Assembly (NCBI RefSeq): GCF_006345805.1
Contig: NW_021834517.1
Coordinates: 8,476-72,475 of the forward strand
Reading direction: 5' to 3'
Length of the DNA stretch: 64,000 bases
Source of the DNA: Octopus sinensis
Taxonomy: Eukaryota
A program made the translations under genes and the position numbers. The notes under the pieces were generated by a model. The model ran no database searches. It had not been told where the DNA came from and was given only the letters and a program-made list of their open reading frames with translations. Below are positions 13,679 to 27,094 of the stretch, in pieces. Within the stretch, counting starts at the first letter, position 1. Every line of letters begins with the position of its first letter.

Positions 13679-15782
13679 ATCTACCCAACACTATGTATAA
13701 ACAGAGGTAAACATTTTGTCATTGTACACAATATCTTTGTGGATAAGAATATATATGAAAATCAGTTTATCCTATTCAATTAAGTCACTAGAAATAGTAT
13801 TATATACTGACAAAATGTTTCCATTCATCCATCACATACAGGGCTGGTTATAGTCTCTATATATATATTTGCTAAGGTGAAAAACAAACCCAATTAACAT
13901 TAATCTAAGTTATACCTTTATTAATTGTCTAAATGTGTGAGTTTGTTTACTGTTAAAGAGATTAGAATTTTTCAGACTCTTAACCTAATCTTTAGATATG
14001 AAAAATACATTAACATTATATTTAAATGACCTTTTGATTGGTTCCATCACTGATCCTCATTTGGTGTCCTATTCCCGAAGAGCTAACAGTAGCGAATGGA
14101 TTCGAATTCGGAACATTATTTCAAAACTAAAGTTAGTCACGCTTTTATCCATCAGAGTTTTGTTTGGCTCCAATACAGTATTGTGTACATATATCTAGAA
14201 TTTAGGAAAGAGGTGTTCAGCCAGTACATCGACCCAGGGGCACGTGAATATGCAATGGAGCCTCTCCCAAGAACAAAGCACTTAATGTCTTTGAATTTTG
14301 AGAGGAAGCCCCTCATCCCGAGGCCTGAAAATAGTTTTGTTGTCTTGCAAAGTTTTGGTCGGAGATCCTGCATAAATCTGAGACAGCCGATGACAAATGG
14401 AAAAGAAGCCGAACTAAACATAAGAGAGATGTACGTATGGAAAGATTTGGCATTATTTCAAGAAGAATGTTAGACAATATTAAATTGTATGATAATTGTA
14501 TGATATGTTTATTAAATGCTGATTGGAGGCTGACGAAAAATGTTATTCAGTCCATTAATTAATTTTTTAATTTTTGTTTCTTTGAAGAAATCTGTATATC
14601 TGAGGACATCTTGAGGAGACAATGGCTCAAATATTAATTTCAGCCACAATCTCCCTCCCTCTCTCTCTAAAATATGTTTATTAAAGAGTGTGAAACAAAA
14701 CGTTGAGTGTAAATCACATCATTAAACAGTTGTATAGATGTCAGTTGGGGGAATTCTCGGTCTTCGTCTAAAGCACACTGCATTAACACATGTGTGAGTG
14801 TGTGCTTGCGTGTATTCTATTACTATTTAATTATTCTACTAGTTTCAATTATTGTCCGGCGATCAATGATGGGATTCTGCCTTCAAGAGTCGATCATATC
14901 GATTTCAGCCCGATACTTCTATTAATCTGTATTTATGGAATAGCTAAGTTATCTACATTGGCATATTAACATATTCTACATCGGAATGCATTAATATGGA
15001 TACACACACACACATAACATCGACAACCCCCATGTGCGTGTGTGAGTTTATCATTTGAATTGCGCTTAATACCCTGACCCATAACACAATTCATGACAAC
15101 GACCCAACCACAGTGATGTGAGCCATGAAAGTGTAAAGATTACAAATAACAATAAGGGTGCGAGGTGTAATAAAAAGAAATATGAACAAACACATAGAAA
15201 CCAGACAATGATGCACAGCATTAGATGCAGTTAAAAAAGAAAACAACCTCTATTAGGTACAACCAGCATTCTATATAAATCATTCTCAGTTCAAAAACAG
15301 CACCAGATAGTAGTGTTTGCAGGTACTGGAAGGAATGGTGTGTTTGGCAACATTGCAGACCTCAAAGAGCAAACCCTGGTCTTGTGTCTTTGATACAAGA
15401 ATGAAAAATAAATAAAATTACAAAAACAAAACATCGGTGGTGGGGGTTGTAACCTATTTTGTCAACACTGGATTGATTGAAGTCGAAATGAGTAAAAGCT
15501 GTGATTTACAAAGTTACGATGTTTTAAAAGGAGATCGAAGAAGTTGTGGTGTTCATGTCGTATCCTAGTGGTATAAGCGCAGTGAAATGATTTATATTGC
15601 ATCCGAAACTGTTTCGCAACGAAAATATATTTCTCTGTGAACAGTGGAAGCATCATCCTTACAATAACTGCGGGGAAAAATAAAAACAAAACAAACAGGA
15701 TAAAAGCAGAAAAGATTTCTGAAATCAGGTGTTTTTAATCAGAAGCAAGCGTACCCTTCCTCTCACTATCTATCTATCTTTA

Positions 15783-15818
<36 letters not shown>

Positions 15819-16339
15819 GCACACGCACACTTCAGCACCCAGCAAGCCCTTTAGTAGCAGCGGCTGTATGATTTAAATGTTGCCCTTGACACCCCGTTAC
15901 TTTTATCCCTTTTTTTTCTCTCCACCCGTTTACAATCGCTTGCTTTGGAAGCTCAGTACACATCTTGATAGCATCAGTTGATGAAGCGGAACTCGGAAGA
16001 AAACGAAACAAAAAAAGACAGACAGAGTGAGGGTGGATACCTTATTAAGGAGAATGAAATAGGGCTTACAATAGGGATGGGGGAGATAATAGTTATGAGA
16101 TAGACATCAGTGAAATAGGGGCCGTCCTTCCAGTAAATACTAAGATAAAAAACAATGATTAGAAGTTTGTCATCAGTTTCAAGCTTCGTACAAATTGTAA
16201 GGTTTATGGTATGTCGGGTATGTTTGTGGGTATGGTATGTGTGCATGTGAGTGAGAATGAATGTATGTATATGTGCGCATATGCAAGTATACATGCGAGT
16301 ACGCGTGTGTGTGTATATTTGTGTAAGTATACAAACACA

Positions 16340-16432
16340 CATTGATATATATATATATACATACATATATACATACATATATATATACATACATATATAA
16401 TACATATATATATATATATACATACATATATA

Positions 16433-16475
<43 letters not shown>

Positions 16476-16495
16476 ATATATATACATATATATAT

Positions 16496-16534
<39 letters not shown>

Positions 16535-16564
16535 TATATACACACATATATATACACATACATA

Positions 16565-16595
<31 letters not shown>

Positions 16596-16776
16596 TATAT
16601 ACACATACATATATATATATATATACACATATATATATACACATATATATACATATATATATACACATACACATATATATATACACATATATATACATAT
16701 ATATATATATGTATATATATACACACATATATATATATATACATACACATATATATGTACACACATATATATATAT

Positions 16777-16821
<45 letters not shown>

Positions 16822-16826
16822 CACAC

Positions 16827-16857
<31 letters not shown>

Positions 16858-16883
16858 TATATATATACACACACACACACATA

Positions 16884-16922
<39 letters not shown>
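16340..16922. repeat. (TA)n/(CA)n microsatellite tract
   Basis: Read directly from the sequence. Confidence 0.95.
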
Positions 16923-16924
<2 letters not shown>

Positions 16925-18001
16925 TTTTATTTTTTTATTTTTTTATTTTATCTAGTTTGAGCTCACGAGCTGTGGCCATGCTGGGACACCGCCATATGGT
17001 GTTGCTACATGATTTTACTTCACGAATGCTTTTTAGCAATTGCCATTTGGTGCATGAGAGAGTTCGATGCAGCTGCGCTCATCTGCACCTCCTGCCGTGA
17101 AGTTGGTTCATCCGGGACACCTGAAAGGAAGAGATCCAGTCCTACTTTAAAGACATCTGCATCCACCCCATGCAGGTCCCTCAGGTTCTTCGGGAGGATA
17201 TTGAAGAGCTGTGGGCCTCTGAAACCCAGGCTATCACAGTATCTTGTCCTACATCTTGATGGCAAATTTGGAGTCCTTGGCACCACGCAGTGGCGCCCAG
17301 TTCTGGCATTTGTGTAACTCTCGATGCCAAAGTTTGGGACAAGTCCTTCTAGAATCTTCCAGATGTATATTATGGCATATCTTTCTCGCCTACGCTCTAA
17401 GGAATAGAGTCTTAATCTCTTGGGTCTTTCCCAGTAGCTTATATGCTGCACGGAGGCTATCTTCTTCGTGTAGCTTCGTTGGATCGCCTCAAGTTCTGTG
17501 ATCAACTTGACACTGGATTGTGACCATAGCTGAGAGCAATAGTCAAAGTGGCTTAGGACAAGTGTCCTCCAGAAGACCATCATGGTTTCTTGGTCTCTTG
17601 TTCTAAAGGTTCTAAGAATCCATCCGGCCAGCCGCCTACATTTCATTGCCAATTTAGCAACAAGTACATGAAAGGTTGCGTCATCACTCATGTAAATACC
17701 CAGGTCACGCACTGATTGTGCCTCTGGGATTGGAATCCCTCCAGGTCCAGTGTATTCATTGGGTATTGCATTTAGTTTTGCATGCTGATAGCATAAAGCT
17801 TGAAACTTTTCAGCATTGAACCGCATGCTATTCTTTTCAGCCCACTTGTATATTTTGTCCAGCTCAGATTGCAGGTGCTTAGTGTCTTCAGGGTTCTGTA
17901 TTGCCTGAAATTTTTGTATCATCTACATAACTTGTGATCGTGGCTCTCTGCGTGGCTGAGGGCATGTCTGAGAGGGCCATTATGAACAGTAGTGGTCCCA
18001 C
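16923..18001 (-). mobile_element. 5'-truncated CR1/L2-like LINE: RT C-terminus, 3' UTR and A-rich tail
   Basis: [19 protein letters not shown], 1-bp frameshift near 17905, then a 300-aa open frame (LQSELDKIYKWA, VRDLGI, SHFDYCSQLWS, LYSLERRRERY); (AAAAAAT)n-like tail at 16923-16950. Confidence 0.93.
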
Positions 18002-18044
<43 letters not shown>

Positions 18045-19072
18045 CATATATATATATATATAGATATATACATATATATACCATATATATACATATATAT
18101 AATATATATATACACATATATATATACATATATATACACATATATATATATATATATACATATTATACACATATATATATATATATATACATATATTACA
18201 CATATATATATATATAATATACATATATATACACATATATATATATATATATATATCACATATATACACATATATATATACATATATATACACATATATA
18301 TAATATATACATATATATACACATATATACACATATATATATACATATATATACACATATATATATACATATATATACACATATATACACATATATATAT
18401 ACATATATATACACATATATATATACATATATATACACATATATATACATATATATACACATATATATACATATATATACATATATATATACATATATAC
18501 ATATATATATACATATATATACACATATATACATACATATATATACACATATATACATACATATATATACAACATATACATATATATACATATATACATA
18601 TATATTATACATATATATATACATATATATATACTATATACATACATATATACATACATATATATACACATATATACATACATATATATACACATATATA
18701 CATATATATATACATATATATACATATATATATACACATATATATATACATATATATATACATATATACATACATATATATACATATATACATATATATA
18801 TACATACATATATATATACATACATATATATATACATACATATACATATACATATATATACATATACATATACATATACATATATATATATACATATATA
18901 TATACATACATATATATATACATATATATACATATACATATATATACATACATATATATATACATACATATACATATAGATATACATATATATATATACA
19001 TATATATATATATACATACATATATATATATATACATATATATACATACATATATATATACATACATATATA

Positions 19073-19113
<41 letters not shown>

Positions 19114-19324
19114 ATATACATACATATATATATACATACATATATATATACATACATATATATATATATACATATATATATACATATACATATATATATA
19201 CATACATATTATATACATACATATATACATATATATACATATATATACATACATATATATATACATATATATATACATACATATATATATACATATATAT
19301 ATATATACATATATATAATATACA

Positions 19325-19355
<31 letters not shown>

Positions 19356-19612
19356 CACATATATATATATATATATACATATATATACATATACATATAT
19401 ATATATACATATTATATACATATATATACATATACATATATATATACATATACATATATATATCATATACATATACATATATATATATATATACGTATAC
19501 ATATATATATACGTATACATATATATATATATATACATATGCATATATATACATATATATACATATACATCTATATACATATATATACATATACATATAT
19601 ATACATATATAA
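18002..19612. repeat. (TA)n/(TACA)n microsatellite tract
   Basis: Read directly; source of the 561-aa Y/I/H artefact ORF. Confidence 0.96.
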
Positions 19613-20245
19613 CTTATAACTTAGAATAACTTAGAAAGGTTTTGGCCAGTATTGGCCCAGGCCATGTCTAATTAATAGCACCACCTGGCGAAGTCTTTCA
19701 GTTCAGGATTTGGGCACCAAGGCCCATTCGAGCAGAGAGTTATTGTTTGCGGAGACATATCCAGGTGTGGGTGGTTTGTCCGGTACTGTTTGAAGGAATT
19801 TGTCCAAAGACTTCTTGAATTCTGTGTGGTCAGTTTCTTTTTTGACGTGTCCTGGTGTAATGTTGAAGAGAGCGGGTCCAATTGAGGTGAAATAGTTGTG
19901 CCGTATTGTCGTTATGTGATGCGATTTAGATTTTTGTTGTGGACGGATGTTCACGTGGTCCAAGCCTTGGATGCATTTTGAAGGTGATGACAACATCATT
20001 CGGACAGTGCTGATGGAATATTTTCCACATCATACAGATAATGTAGCGTTCACGGCGTCGTTGGAGTGAATACAATTTCAGCTTCTCTAGTCTACCCCAG
20101 TAGTCAAGGTCTGACATGCCATCTATCTTTTTTGTGATTGACCTTTGGGGAGCTTCAATTCTCATAATATTTTGTTTTGTGTAGGGAGACCACAGTGGAC
20201 AGCAGTATTCAAGGTGGGGTCGGGCAAAAGTGGAGAAGAGAAGGA
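19613..20245 (-). mobile_element. CR1/L2-like LINE 3' fragment
   Basis: FSTFARPHLEYCCPLWSPY, LEKLKLYSLQRRRERY, RHNYFTSIGPALFN and a short (ttctaag)-like tandem tail; related to the copy at 50.4-51.9 kb. Confidence 0.9.
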
Positions 20246-20539
20246 TAAGAAGAAGAGAAGCTGTAGCGGGGCTAAGACATTCGGAGATGTCTTCAGCTCT
20301 GGTGTTGAGTGCGTTTCTTCTTTCTCCTTTTTTCTTTGGTTTCTTCGATGCAGCGTCAACGAATGTCAGCGGGCGAATCAACATCCTGCACAACTTCACT
20401 TTAAATACTCGCCGGTAGGCTCCAGCAGCCAGCACCAGCTGTCACGTGACACTAAGTTTCATTTGACCAATGGAGGAGAAGGACGCACAGAGCCATACGT
20501 ACGTATGTACACACAAACACACATTTGTATGGAATGGCT

Positions 20540-21480
20540 TGCCAGTTTCACACGATTGGACAGATGAAATATTGATTTCTCTGTGCAAAGGAAAAGATGC
20601 TAACTCAAAGTTTGGTAACTTTGGTGGTATTTGCTTCTTTGTAACTTTAGCCAGGCTTTCATTGAATTGTATCACTGTTCCAGAATATCAATGTGGATTC
20701 AGGACTAATATGGATATGATCTTTAGCATCAAATAGTTGCTGGAGAAGTGCAGGGAGCAATGGGTCCTCTTTTACTAATATTTTGTTGATCTAACATAAG
20801 CTTTTGATATGCTGTAAAGAAATACAGTGAGGAGAGCTTGTGGAAGTTAGGATGGCCACCTAAATATGCTTGCATTTCCAAGTACACATTGTATGAAGAA
20901 CAATTTCAAATCAGCAACAATATTAAAGTGATTTTTACACCTGCTCCAGGAGAGTTACACGAGGAACCACCAAATACACTCATCCAAGAGACCAGACTTG
21001 ATTCTTTAGTATATCTTAGCAGCGCTGTCTACAGGGATAGATTTCCAAAATTAAGGAATCCGTTTGAAGATTAAGAAGAATTGTATTGCATTTACTATAC
21101 AAGAGAAACAAGTTGGGTCAAACGTGAAACTTGAAACCGCTAACTATCCTTATTTTACTTCTCTGGGACATGGACTTCATATCGATGAAACATCAAAGCA
21201 CTTGAGAGTTTTTACAAGGCGTAGATTAAATATCAACTGAAAAATCTTTTACACTTGACACCCAAATGCTAGAAAAAGCTGTCTGGCTTTGTATAGTAGC
21301 TCGCTTCAGTATCACATACGATGGGTTGGTCATGTGATTCGCCTTGGCGATTTCAGGCTTGCGAGACAATTATTTCATGGAGAATAGTTCCCAGGCACAA
21401 ACCAAAAAAAGAGATCCCATGACATCATAACAACCTTAAGTTGCACTATCCCACAGCGAATTGAAGCTAATAGCGGTGTG
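20540..21480 (+). mobile_element. Decayed RTE-clade LINE RT fragment
   Basis: VPEYQCGFR..MDMIFSIK*LLEKCREQ..FVDLT*AFD matches the RTE pattern QCGFR..DMIF.ARQLQEKCREQ..FVDLTKAFD. Confidence 0.75.
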
Positions 21481-21645
21481 TAACTAGGAATAGTTGCCAA
21501 ATTTAAATTGCTCACCATATAATGAAAGTTAATATCCGCAATCTTAAGATGATCTCACCTAGCACAGTCTGTGGTCGCAATACAACATCCTGAAACAGAT
21601 CAGGAGAGCAACGCAAGGTGCTTGACATGTACACAACTCCCTTTA

Positions 21646-21840
21646 CGAGGGGGTGATGAAAAGCTTTGGGTAAAAGAAAATACAGAAAGATCAGTTTATT
21701 CAACATATTCCCCTCTCAGATCCACACGCTTATTGCAGCGGTCCTTCAGTTTTTCTAAGCCCTGTAAAACAACTCGGCAAGTTGGGCCTCCAACCAGGTC
21801 TTTCGCGATACTCTTAAAGCCAGGAACTTTTCAGCACCAC
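21646..21840 (-). mobile_element. Mariner 3' end fragment (different family from 5610-6897)
   Basis: TA then cgaggggtgatgaaaag TIR-like end; minus strand encodes a mariner-type C-terminus (..VDLRGEYVE*). Confidence 0.75.
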
Positions 21841-23931
21841 TCGTATGTCCAAAATTGAGCCCATCCGTTGCTAGGCTGGAAATCTATTTTGGATTTCTGC
21901 ACACGGGTGGATATATCGATAGTGTCCTTCTTGACCAAATTATTTGCTACTTTTGTCACACAAACTTTAAATCAAAATCAAGGCGAGGTAGACATCTGAG
22001 CGACAAAAATAAGATCAAACTTATTTCAGGCATATTTCAGGTAACTGGAAAATGATTTTATTCAAAATTGAGTTGACAACTACACACACACACACAGTTA
22101 TACGTATAGTTATATTTTACAGGTTTAATGTTTTAGCAAAGGAAATTCGCTTTCACTAATTTCAGACTCTTCTGAGTTTCAGACAAGCTATTGAATTAGC
22201 AAGAAGTTTCCTTGTTAAAGCATTAAATTGTTAGATAAAACTATTTTATTTAAATTATCTCGTATTGAGTTCTCTTTCGAGTTTTAGTTTCTTTGACCTT
22301 TCACGCGTGCGCGCGCATCTTTTGGTAGATATCGAACGGGAGAAGTATTCAATACAAAAATACAGAGTAATAAGTTCATTCAGGCCGCCTGTTATTCTGG
22401 AATTTCCCTGACAATACGAGCCCTAGACGACGGGTTTCGATACATCAAGGGTGTGGGAGGAGAAACTAGGGGGGACACACACACAAAATTAATTAGAGAA
22501 TATTTTGCAAGATTCACGATGGGAATCGGTATATTGAAACGCATTTCGGGGTTGGGGTCATTTTAGGGTCGTTATGCCAATGAAATGTCAACCAAATTTC
22601 TGATAATGTATCAAATGGGAAAAAACATATAATCGTATTATTTGTTGTTGTTGTTGTTGTTTTGGTTACTGCTGTTGCTAGAGACTATAGTGTTGCTAAG
22701 CCCCAGAATAGTTCTTCGATCAAAGGCATTCCAGCCACGACTATCCTCCTATTCTATATCTCTCCAACTACATTAACTGTTGTTATTTATAATATTGAGG
22801 GAGATATGGTTGCTACTTCTAGCGGCTCAAGCTACCTTTAGCTTCCTCTTTGGTTTGTCGTTGCTGTTTAGTTCCAACATAGGAAGATGTTCCACCAGTA
22901 ATTGCCACGTCTGTGTTCCCAGTGTTTCCTTCTTCATTTTGTATAGTAGGAAACGATTTGAGGGAGATTTGGTTGCTCTCTCATTGACCCGTGTGTGTGT
23001 GTGTGTATGAGAGGGAGAGAGGGAGAGAGAGAGAGAGAGAGAGAGAGAAGAAAGAGACAGCATTTGTTGTTGCTGTTATTACTGTTACGGCTGCAGTTAA
23101 TATTGTTACTGTTACTGTTGTTGTTGTTGTTGGTGGTGGTGGTGCAACATCTTCAACTGATGTGGATGCAACTTAGAAATTAAATAAATAAACAAATAAA
23201 TCTCCAAAACATTTTAATTTTATTGTTTCGTTTATTTTTACTTTTGTTTTTATTTGCATGAGTTAGCGAGGGTGGTAGGACATGGATAGAAAGCTTAAAT
23301 GGCAGATTACAGAGCCGAGAAAGAGAAGAAAACAGAGAGAGACGGTGCGTGAGGGAAGAGGCTGTGAGGTTCTGAAAGTGAATTGAATTGTGAGTCACAC
23401 ATGAAATTGTTGCAATATCTCTCTGTCTGCAAGACACAAGCAATGCTATATTAATCTTGTCACGTCGAATGCTCAGCCAGGACGGAACCAACGATTAGCT
23501 GAAGGCCGGTTCAATGTTTCCTTCTGTTAAACACATCTCTGTCTTTCTTCAACCCAGCACGACTTTGTCCAGGCGAAATTTTCCAAAGCAGCGCATTAGA
23601 ATCCGCTAGACTGCAGCGACGATACAAACCATTCCAGTCACGTATAATTAAGTCGGCAGAGGTCCCTGCAGACTGCCTGCATTTTTGCATGTATCTATGT
23701 GTTAATAAGGGCTGCCGTTAGGTGTGTGTGTGTAGTTGTATGTATAATTATATCAATGCATTGGTGTGGTTATATCAATGTGTGTGTTTATATATTTATA
23801 AGTGCACATATATAATATATGCATGCATGTATACACATATATAATACATAGATGCTTGCAGATGGATATGATATAAGCCCAGACGTATGTCTGTGTGTGT
23901 ATATATGTGTGTGTACATATATATGTGTATA

Positions 23932-23972
<41 letters not shown>

Positions 23973-24327
23973 GCATATCTGTACAGTTTACATAAACGCA
24001 TGTGTATTATGTATATATGTATTCGTGTATATATAAAGTAATAAGTTAGTTTACGTCCCATAAAAAAAAGGAGAAATAATTTGTTCTTTCAGCGAATGTT
24101 GCCAGTGTGTGTATATCTTTTACAAGAAGTGGAGCAACAGAGACTTGGAAGTTTCAGCCTCTAAGCCTTTATCGGATTGACCTATGAAGGCTGGCAAGCT
24201 GCAACTTCGAAGTCACAGTCACTTCTCTTTTTTTTATAAATATGTCCTCTACTAAAAAGTATTGAGTACATCTTCAGTTGAATTTAAAATTGTTTTTATA
24301 TATACATTGATATAAAAAGAAACATTA

Positions 24328-24386
<59 letters not shown>

Positions 24387-24479
24387 ACGCAAGACTACAT
24401 GCATGCCTACATACATATATGCATTACATATATACTTACACACATATCTATAAGCATTGAAATTTGTCTGTTTTGAAAC

Positions 24480-25150
24480 AACCTCGCGATTTCTCAACGA
24501 GTCTGTTTTACTAGACTCAAAGATGAGGTCAAAAGCTTCCCACCAGAGACCGCCAGAAGAATGCGATGCAGCTGAATATTGTAATTACAGAAAATGTGTA
24601 GAATGGCAAGAAACAAGGTACCCCATCAACCCTGACTGCCCCGTCCTATTTAAGAAAGAATGCACCTCCGGATAAGACAAAGTCGGTTGATTCGCTGGAC
24701 AATATTATGAATTATCAACTGAAATGCAATCATAACGTTTCATAAGCTAAATAAACGTAAACAGATAAATCAAAGTCAATCAGTCGGGTATTAATAGGGA
24801 AGTACCACCAGAAAATAAAGCACACTCTTGTCGAAGTAGCAGTCCCAATAGATAATGTGTTTCTAACAGAAATAGGGAAATCATCTAATAAAAATCTTGA
24901 AATAAGGCCAACAGGAATGCGAGGGTTGCAGACGGAAACAATCCCTATAAGAATGAATGCCTCGGGAATAATCTTTAAAAATGGTGCAAACATGCAACCT
25001 TATTAATTATAAAATACACAACATAGAAAGCATTGCACACACATCCCGTTGAACACAACAGGACTCCCACTACACACACACACACATAACATACGGAAAA
25101 CAGCACTACTTGGTACCGCAGGCGCATTTCGTAGAGTACATTTGATAGTA
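24480..25150 (+). mobile_element. Decayed REL-endonuclease LINE (R4/Dong-like) C-terminus interrupted by (CA)n
   Basis: TLVEVAVPIDN..TETIPI..ASGII and KTALLGTAGAFRRV, matching the REL-LINE C-terminal pattern LIDVAVP..IVIGALG..QKTALLGTA.ILR.VL. Confidence 0.7.
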
Positions 25151-26387
25151 TAGAGTACAACAGAATAGATAAGATAGTATAGAAAACACGAAGCCCAAAC
25201 TAAACACAGCACAAAGCCAAGACAGAGATGTAAAGTGTAAGAAGGCGAGAAGAAGAAGGTGATGATAGGAAAAGAGAAAAAGAGGAGAAAGGGGATGTTT
25301 TCTTTTGGAGATCGATTCCAATTTTGTGAATTTAACTGTAAGTTTAAAAAAAAAGCCAGGCTTAAATTATACACCAAAACATTCTTAAATGCATTCGCAC
25401 ATACAAATATATATTTGTGATTGCAGTAGTAAGTGACAGTATGTAATTTAGGAAGATATCTCAGTTGTTGTTGTTGTTCTCAGGCAATAAATCTTTATTC
25501 TGTCATTTACGATCAGTATAATTATCGATACATCATTCCGAATATTGTGATGCGAAAAGAAGGAAAGTTGGGAGTTCTACACGAACAAGAGAGACGCATA
25601 GAGTAATAGCGATCATATTCACATCAAAGGTGTTCGAGAACTATGACGAAAAAAATGATTTATAAAAGTGGTATAAATGCCGATTTGGTTTCATAATATG
25701 AAAGAAATTGTAGGTTTGTGAAAAGAGTGTGTAGCGTATAAAAGCAACATTACCTGCCGGAAATATTAAAGACGCTCTAGTTTCCTTTACAAGAACAGAA
25801 TACTGAAGACGTAATTCCAAAGAAAAATATCCAGCGAATTTATGAACCATACAATGGATATTTAAAATTGTGTAGGTCAGTTGTCCAGCAAATGGGAGTA
25901 ATAAGAGCGAAAGATTTGGGTAGTTGACTTTAGAGTAAGATACACATCGGGAGGCCTGAAATAATTATCTCAGAGTCTCCAATTAGTGCAGATCACAAGT
26001 CAACCACACGAAAACTTTAGGTATGAGAAATAATCCGATTTAGCCACGTTTACACCAAATTCTACGCAATTCCTAATATGTAAAACCTAGAAGATGACGT
26101 ATTCTATAACTAAACATGTTTAGTTATTGACTAGGTCATCTTCTAGATTTTACCTGGCCTGTTTAGGCATGTTTAAAATTTTACCTAAAAATGGTGGATT
26201 TATGTTATTATGGTGTAAACTACGAATGCATCAATGAAATGCTACCGAAACAGCTGTAGTAATTTCTAAACTCCATTTGCGTTCATTTATACCCACACCC
26301 CACCTAGAGCCAACACCGAGTTTGATCTATGGTTTATTTTGCATTTGGCTATATATATATTTCTCTCCCTGTTTTTTTTTGTGTCCC

Positions 26388-26421
26388 TTTCTGTAGAAGA
26401 GCGTTGGCTCGAAACGTAAAA
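26388..26421 (+). ncRNA. Degenerate minimal hammerhead-like motif in a PLE-pLTR-like repeat
   Basis: uuu-CUGUAGA-A-GAGC(guug)GCUC-GAAA-CGU-A-aaa: A6->U core change, extra A after A9, loopless palindromic stem III (ACGU), 3-bp stem I. Confidence 0.45.
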
Positions 26422-26513
26422 TACTTTTTCTATTCCTGAGCGTTATATTAATACATCTGTTTGTTTGTACACCACCTGTCTTCGTCTTTTGTTTTGTATT
26501 TTTCGTAAAATCT

Positions 26514-26577
<64 letters not shown>

Positions 26578-26578
26578 T

Positions 26579-26701
26579 ATTTATTTTATAGAAGGAGCTT
26601 CTACAGGACTAGAACTGTTTCATTCAAAAGAAATCATTCCTGATGATTTCTTTTGAATGAAACAGTTCTAGTCCTGTAGAAGCTCCTTCTATAAAATAAA
26701 T
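26579..26701. repeat. Perfect 59-bp inverted repeat with 5-nt loop
   Basis: 26579-26637 is the exact reverse complement of 26643-26701; loop tcctg. Confidence 0.95.
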
Positions 26702-26785
26702 TAATTTACTCTGCTATGTATTGAGTACCTTATTTACTGTGGTTAACCCCGACTCAACCCGGGACCTACACACATATATATATAT

Positions 26786-26850
<65 letters not shown>

Positions 26851-27094
26851 CTGTTGTACACTACCAACAAATGACACTTAACGGTTGTTTTACCTTACTG
26901 AGAACCTAGTATTATGGTACTTAGTTCTGCTGTCTTATGTGTTGATGCGCCTAGCTTCTAATGAATCCTGTAATTAACTTGTATGCATGCATGCATGCAT
27001 GCATGCATGCATGCATGCATGTATGTATGTATGTATGTATGTATGTATGTATGTATGTGTGTATGTGTGTGTGTGCGTGCGTGTGTCTCTTTTG

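Noticed and set aside
17934-19619. 561-aa ORF and dozens of other Y/I/H/C/V/M-rich ORFs (1-4.2 kb, 16-19.6 kb, 31-34.4 kb)
   Set aside because: Translations of (TA)n/(TACA)n repeats, which lack stops in some frames; not genes.
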